The position numbers and the translations under genes were made by a program. A stretch of DNA of 64,000 bases, taken from assembly GCA_964057225.1 (NCBI GenBank), contig OZ059900.1, positions 17,112,001-17,176,000 of the forward strand, in the 5' to 3' direction. The notes below the pieces were generated by a model. It searched no databases and was not told the DNA's origin. It was given only the letters and a program-made list of their open reading frames with translations. The stretch comes from Auanema rhodensis. Its lineage: Eukaryota; Animalia; Nematoda. Of this stretch, positions 56,501 to 64,000 are shown piece by piece. Positions within the stretch are counted from its first letter, which is position 1. The number at the start of each line of letters is the position of its first letter.

Positions 56501-59500
56501 AAACAAGGTTTTGACTTACGATTTCATGTGTTCAAACTCATGCAATGTCAATGAAACCTAGCTCAAAATTGTTCGTACAACGTCTGGTTCCACTTTCACG
56601 ACAAAAAAACAGGGGTTAGAAAATTAAGGAAATTAGCATATTCTGAGGGCACGCCCCTTATGGCTAATATTGATTAAATCGATTTTTGTTCATATGAGTC
56701 GTCAAATGCAACGAATTTCAGCGTGTTACATACTAAAATGAAGCATTTTACATGCTGAACACTAGAAAAATACAAAAACACAGTATTTCCCATGAGAAAT
56801 ATTTTATTATGCTGGAAAACCAGTTTTTGGAAATTTCGCTGTAAACAAGGTTTTGACTTACGATTTCATGTGTTCAAACTCATGCAATGTCAATGAAACC
56901 TAGCTCAAAATTGTTCCTACAACGTCTAGTTCCACTTTCACGACAAAAAAACAGGGGTTAGAAAATTAAGGAAATTAGCATATTCTGAGGGCACGCCCTT
57001 TATGGCTAATATTGATTAAATCGATTTTTGTTCATATGAGTCGTCAAATGCAACGAATTTCAGCGTGTTACATACTAAAATGAAGCATTTCACATGCTGA
57101 ACACTAGAAAAATACAAAAACACAGTATTTCCCATGAGAAATATTTTATTATGCTGGAAAACCAGTTTTTGGAAATTTCGCTGTAAACAAGGTTTTGACT
57201 TACGATTTCATGTGTTCAAACTCATGCAATGTCAATGAAACCTAGCTCAAAATTGTTCGTACAACGTCTAGTTCCACTTTCACGACAAAAAAACAGGGGT
57301 TAGAAAATTAAGGAAATTAGCATATTCTGAGGGCACGCCCCTTATGGCTAATATTGATTAAATCGATTTTTGTTCATATGAGTCGTCAAATGCAACAAAT
57401 TTCAGCGTGTTACATACTAAAATGAAGCATTTTACATGCTGAACACTAGAAAAATACAAAAACACAGTAATACCCATGAGAAATATTTTATTATGCTGGA
57501 AAACCAGTTTTTGGAAATTTCGCTGTAAACAAGGTTTTGACTTACGATTTCATGTGTTCAAACTCATGCAATGTCAATGAAACCTAGCTCAAAATTGTTC
57601 GTACAACGTCTAGTTCCACTTTCACGACAAAAAAACAGGGGTTAGAAAATTAAGGAAATTAGCATATTCTGAGGGCACGCCCCTTATGGCTAATATTGAT
57701 TAAATCGATTTTTGTTCATATGAGTCGTCAAATGCAACGAATTTCAGCGTGTTACATACTAAAATGAAGCATTTTACATGCTGAACACTAGAAAAATACA
57801 AAAACACAGTATTTCCCATGAGAAATATTTTATTATGCTGGAAAACCAGTTTTTGAAAATATCGCTGTAAACAAGGTTTTGACTTACGATTTCATGTGTT
57901 CAAACTCATGCAATGTCAATGAAACCTAGCTCAAAATTGTTCCTACAACGTCTAGTTCCACTTTCACGACAAAAAAACAGGGGTTAGAAAATTAAGGAAA
58001 TTAGCATATTCTGAGGGCACGCCCCTTATGGCTAATATTGATTAAATCGATTTTTGTTCATATGAGTCGTCAAATGCAACGAATTTCAGCGTGTTACATA
58101 CTAAAATGAAGCATTTTACATGCTGAACACTAGAAAAATACAAAAACACAGTATTTCCCATGAGAAATATTTTATTATGCTGGAAAACCAGTTTTTGGAA
58201 ATTTCGCTGTAAACAAGGTTTTGACTTACGATTTCATGTGTTCAAACTCATGCAATGTCAATGAAACCTAGCTCAAAATTGTTCCTACAACGTCTAGTTC
58301 CACTTTCACGACAAAAAAACAGGGGTTAGAAAATTAAGGAAATTAGCATATTCTGAGGGCACGCCCTTTATGGCTAATATTGATTAAATCGATTTTTGTT
58401 CATATGAGTCGTCAAATGCAACGAATTTCAGCGTGTTACATACTAAAATGAAGCATTTCACATGCTGAACACTAGAAAAATACAAAAACACAGTATTTCC
58501 CATGAGAAATATTTTATTATGCTGGAAAACCAGTTTTTGGAAATTTCGCTGTAAACAAGGTTTTGACTTACGATTTCATGTGTTCAAACTCATGCAATGT
58601 CAATGAAACCTAGCTCAAAATTGTTCGTACAACGTCTAGTTCCACTTTCACGACAAAAAAACAGGGGTTAGAAAATTAAGGAAATTAGCATATTCTGAGG
58701 GCACGCCCCTTATGGCTAATATTGATTAAATCGATTTTTGTTCATATGAGTCGTCAAATGCAACGAATTTCAGCGTGTTACATACTAAAATGAAGCATTT
58801 TACATGCTGAACACTAGAAAAATACAAAAACACAGTATTTCCCATGAGAAATATTTTATTATGCTGGAAAACCAGTTTTTGAAAATATCGCTGTAAACAA
58901 GGTTTTGACTTACGATTTCATGTGTTCAAACTCATGCAATGTCAATGAAACCTAGCTCAAAATTGTTCCTACAACGTCTAGTTCCACTTTCACGACAAAA
59001 AAACAGGGGTTAGAAAATTAAGGAAATTAGCATATTCTGAGGGCACGCCCCTTATGGCTAATATTGATTAAATCGATTTTTGTTCATATGAGTCGTCAAA
59101 TGCAACGAATTTCAGCGTGTTACATACTAAAATGAAGCATTTTACATGCTGAACACTAGAAAAATACAAAAACACAGTATTTCCCATGAGAAATATTTTA
59201 TTATGCTGGAAAACCAGTTTTTGGAAATTTCGCTGTAAACAAGGTTTTGACTTACGATTTCATGTGTTCAAACTCATGCAATGTCAATGAAACCTAGCTC
59301 AAAATTGTTCCTACAACGTCTAGTTCCACTTTCACGACAAAAAAACAGGGGTTAGAAAATTAAGGAAATTAGCATATTCTGAGGGCACGCCCTTTATGGC
59401 TAATATTGATTAAATCGATTTTTGTTCATATGAGTCGTCAAATGCAACGAATTTCAGCGTGTTACATACTAAAATGAAGCATTTCACATGCTGAACACTA

Positions 59501-62250
59501 GAAAAATACAAAAACACAGTATTTCCCATGAGAAATATTTTATTATGCTGGAAAACCAGTTTTTGGAAATTTCGCTGTAAACAAGGTTTTGACTTACGAT
59601 TTCATGTGTTCAAACTCATGCAATGTCAATGAAACCTAGCTCAAAATTGTTCGTACAACGTCTAGTTCCACTTTCACGACAAAAAAACAGGGGTTAGAAA
59701 ATTAAGGAAATTAGCATATTCTGAGGGCACGCCCCTTATGGCTAATATTGATTAAATCGATTTTTGTTCATATGAGTCGTCAAATGCAACAAATTTCAGC
59801 GTGTTACATACTAAAATGAAGCATTTTACATGCTGAACACTAGAAAAATACAAAAACACAGTAATACCCAAGAGAAATATTTTATTATGCTGGAAAACCA
59901 GTTTTTGGAAATTTCGCTGTAAACAAGGTTTTGACTTACGATTTCATGTGTTCAAACTCATGCAATGTCAATGAAACCTAGCTCAAAATTGTTCGTACAA
60001 CGTCTAGTTCCACTTTCACGACAAAAAAACAGGGGTTAGAAAATTAAGGAAATTAGCATATTCTGAGGGCACGCCCCTTATGGCTAATATTGATTAAATC
60101 GATTTTTGTTCATATGAGTCGTCAAATGCAACGAATTTCAGCGTGTTACATACTAAAATGAAGCATTTTACATGCTGAACACTAGAAAAATACAAAAACA
60201 CAGTAATACCCATGAGAAATATTTTATTATGCTGGAAAACCAGTTTTTGGAAATTTCGCTGTAAACAAGGTTTTGACTTACGATTTCATGTGTTCAAACT
60301 CATGCAATGTCAATGAAACCTAGCTCAAAATTGTTAATACAATGTCTAGTTCCACTTTCACGACAAAAAAACAGGGGTTAGAAAATTAAGGAAATTAGCA
60401 TATTCTGAGGGCACGCCCTTTATGGCTAATATTGATTAAATCGATTTTTGTTCATATGAGTCGTCAAATGCAACGAATTTCAGCGTGTTACATACTAAAA
60501 TGAAGCATTTTACATGCTGAACACTAGAAAAATACAAAAACACAGTATTTCCCATGAGAAATATTTTATTATGCTGGAAAACCAGTTTTTGGAAATTTCG
60601 CTGTAAACAAGGTTTTGACTTACGATTTCATGTGTTCAAACTCATGCAATGTCAATGAAACCCAGCTCAAAATTGTTCGTACAACGTCTAGTTCCACTTT
60701 CACGACAAAAAAACAGGGGTTAGAAAATTAAGGAAATTAGCATATTCTGAGGGCACGCCCCTTATGGCTAATATTGATTAAATCGATTTTTGTTCATATG
60801 AGTCGTCAAATGCAACGAATTTCAGCGTGTTACATACTAAAATGAAGCATTTCACATGCTGAACACTAGAAAAATACAAAAACACAGTATTTCCCATGAG
60901 AAATATTTTATTATGCTGGAAAACCAGTTTTTGGAAATTTTGCTGTAAACAAGGTTTTGACTTACGATTTCATGTGTTCAAACTCATGCAATGTCAATGA
61001 AACCTAGCTCAAAATTGTTCGTACAACGTCTAGTTCCACTTTCACGACAAAAAAACAGGGGTTAGAAAATTAAGGAAATTAGCATATTCTGAGGGCACGC
61101 CCCTTATGGCTAATATTGATTAAATCGATTTTTGTTCATATGAGTCGTCAAATGCAACGAATTTCAGCGTGTTACATACTAAAATGAAGCATTTTACATG
61201 CTGAACACTAGAAAAATACAAAAACACAGTATTTCCCATGAGAAATATTTTATTATGCTGGAAAACCAGTTTTTGAAAATTTCGCTGTAAACAAGGTTTT
61301 GACTTACGATTTCATGTGTTCAAACTCATGCAATGTCAATGAAACCTAGCTCAAAATTGTTCCTACAACGTCTAGTTCCACTTTCACGACAAAAAAACAG
61401 GGGTTAGAAAATTAAGGAAATTAGCATATTCTGAGGGCACGCCCTTTATGGCTAATATTGATTAAATCGATTTTTGTTCATATGAGTCGTCAAATGCAAC
61501 GAATTTCAGCGTGTTACATACTAAAATGAAGCATTTTACATGCTGAACACTAGAAAAATACAAAAACACAGTATTTCCCATGAGAAATATTTTATTATGC
61601 TGGAAAACCAGTTTTTGGAAATTTCGCTGTAAACAAGGTTTTGACTTACGATTTCATGTGTTCAAACTCATGCAATGTCAATGAAACCTAGCTCAAAATT
61701 GTTCGTACAACGTCTAGTTCCACTTTCACGACAAAAAAACAGGGGTTAGAAAATTAAGGAAATTAGCATATTCTGAGGGCACGCCCCTTATGGCTAATAT
61801 TGATTAAATCGATTTTTGTTCATATGAGTCGTCAAATGCAACGAATTTCAGCGTGTTACGTACTAAAATGAAGCATTCTACATGCTGAACACTAGAAAAA
61901 TACAAAAACACAGTATTTCCCATGAGAAATATTTTATTATGCTGGAAAACCAGTTTTTGGAAATTTCGCTGTAAACAAGGTTTTGACTTACGATTTCATG
62001 TGTTCAAACTCATGCAATGTCAATGAAACCTAGCTCAAAATTGTTCCTACAACGTCTAGTTCCACTTTCACGACAAAAAAACAGGGGTTAGAAAATTAAG
62101 GAAATTAGCATATTCTGAGGGCACGCCCTTTATGGCTAATATTGATTAAATCGATTTTTGTTCATATGAGTCGTCAAATGCAACGAATTTCAGCGTGTTA
62201 CATACTAAAATGAAGCATTTTACATGCTGAACACTAGAAAAATACAAAAA

Positions 62251-64000
62251 CACAGTATTTCCCATGAGAAATATTTTATTATGCTGGAAAACCAGTTTTT
62301 GGAAATTTCGCTGTAAACAAGGTTTTGACTTACGATTTCATGTGTTCAAACTCATGCAATGTCAATGAAACCTAGCTCAAAATTGTTCGTACAACGTCTA
62401 GTTCCACTTTCACGACAAAAAAACAGGGGTTAGAAAATTAAGGAAATTAGCATATTCTGAGGGCACGCCCCTTATGGCTAATATTGATTAAATCGATTTT
62501 TGTTCATATGAGTCGTCAAATGCAACGAATTTCAGCGTGTTACATACTAAAATGAAGCATTTTACATGCTGAACACTAGAAAAATACAAAAACACAGTAT
62601 TTCCCATGAGAAATATTTTATTATGCTGGAAAACCAGTTTTTGGAAATTTCGCTGTAAACAAGGTTTTGACTTACGATTTCATGTGTTCAAACTCATGCA
62701 ATGTCAATGAAACCTAGCTCAAAATTGTTCGTACAACGACTAGTTCCACTTTCACGACAAAAAAACAGGGGTTAGAAAATTAAGGAAATTAGCATATTCT
62801 GAGGGCACGCCCCTTATGGCTAATATTGATTAAATCGATTTTTGTTCATATGAGTCGTCAAATGCAACGAATTTCAGCGTGTTACATACTAAAATGAAGC
62901 ATTTTACATGCTGAACACTAGAAAAATACAAAAACACAGTAATACCCATGAGAAATATTTTATTATGCTGGAAAACCAGTTTTTGGAAATTTCGCTGTAA
63001 ACAAGGTTTTGACTTACGATTTCATGTGTTCAAACTCATGCAATGTCAATGAAACCTAGCTCAAAATTGTTCCTACAACGTCTAGTTCCACTTTCACGAC
63101 AAAAAAACAGGGGTTAGAAAATTAAGGAAATTAGCATATTCTGAGGGCACGCCCTTTATGGCTAATATTGATTAAATCGATTTTTGTTCATATGAGTCGT
63201 CAAATGCAACGAATTTCAGCGTGTTACATACTAAAATGAAGCATTTTACATGCTGAACACTAGAAAAATACAAAAACACAGTATTTCCCATGAGAAATAT
63301 TTTATTATGCTGGAAAACCAGTTTTTGGAAATTTCGCTGTAAACAAGGTTTTGACTTACGATTTCATGTGTTCAAACTCATGCAATGTCAATGAAACCTA
63401 GCTCAAAATTGTTCGTACAACGTCTAGTTCCACTTTCACGACAAAAAAACAGGGGTTAGAAAATTAAGGAAATTAGCATATTCTGAGGGCACGCCCCTTA
63501 TGGCTAATATTGATTAAATCGATTTTTGTTCATATGAGTCGTCAAATGCAACGAATTTCAGCGTGTTACATACTAAAATGAAGCATTTTACATGCTGAAC
63601 ACTAGAAAAATACAAAAACACAGTATTTCCCATGAGAAATATTTTATTATGCTGGAAAACCAGTTTTTGGAAATTTCGCTGTAAACAAGGTTTTGACTTA
63701 CGATTTCATGTGTTCAAACTCATGCAATGTCAATGAAACCTAGCTCAAAATTGTTCGTACAACGACTAGTTCCACTTTCACGACAAAAAAACAGGGGTTA
63801 GAAAATTAAGGAAATTAGCATATTCTGAGGGCACGCCCCTTATGGCTAATATTGATTAAATCGATTTTTGTTCATATGAGTCGTCAAATGCAACGAATTT
63901 CAGCGTGTTACATACTAAAATGAAGCATTTTACATGCTGAACACTAGAAAAATACAAAAACACAGTAATACCCATGAGAAATATTTTATTATGCTGGAAA
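62251..64000 (+). repeat. Local 3-mer duplication (monomers 183-185 and 186-188), truncated by the window end
   Basis: The order [consensus]-[GACTAG]-[GTAATAC...] is repeated with a 1026-bp period (GTAATAC monomers start at 62935 and 63961). Confidence 0.75.

Larger units (their letters stand above)
1..64000. repeat. Tandem satellite DNA array, 342-bp monomer, 187 full copies plus 40 bp, head-to-tail, probably (peri)centromeric heterochromatin
   Basis: CACAGTA(T/A) restarts at 1, 343, 685 ... 3421, 6841 (period 342). Monomer 188 starts at 63961 = 187x342 + 6 + 1, which matches the eight 1-bp indels seen (net +6). Monomers differ from consensus at only about 0-6 positions. The array runs off both window edges. 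The centromeric assignment is inference from monomer size, AT richness and homogeneity. Confidence 0.99.

Noticed and set aside
1-64000. CRISPR array or repeat-spacer system
   Set aside because: There are no unique spacers: the full 342 bp is repeated, and no cas or other genes are present.
1-64000. Embedded transposon, inversion or non-satellite island
   Set aside because: Monomer phase is accounted for base by base from 1 to 63961 with only 1-bp indels, leaving no room for an insertion or strand switch.
1-64000. Variant order as an information-bearing code or programmed diversification system
   Set aside because: The order of monomer types is adequately explained by nested duplication and recombination of a few ancestral variants. 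Nothing in the sequence indicates a dedicated mechanism.

Overview
The whole 64,000-bp window is one uninterrupted, head-to-tail, single-orientation tandem satellite DNA array. It contains 187 complete copies of a 342-bp AT-rich monomer (about 34% GC by hand count) plus 40 bp of a 188th. I see no credible protein-coding gene, RNA gene, transposon, CRISPR array or inversion. The single ORF in the track is an accident of one private SNP that removes a stop codon in monomer 3. The pattern is typical of eukaryotic centromeric or pericentromeric heterochromatin; I cannot name the satellite family or species from the sequence. The interesting content is in the variant pattern: (i) a near-identical copy of at least 14.9 kb at an offset of 38,650 bp (113 monomers), (ii) nested 1-9-mer local duplications forming an irregular higher-order structure, (iii) two linked monomer haplotypes, (iv) a distinct variant-rich subdomain starting at the duplication breakpoint, (v) recurrent CC>AA-type multi-nucleotide substitutions, and (vi) a CENP-B-box-like motif and dense dyad symmetry in the monomer. 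I found no evidence for a new gene-based system. All variant calls were made by eye, so some singletons may have been missed. Monomer positions (m1-m342) are numbered from window base 1.
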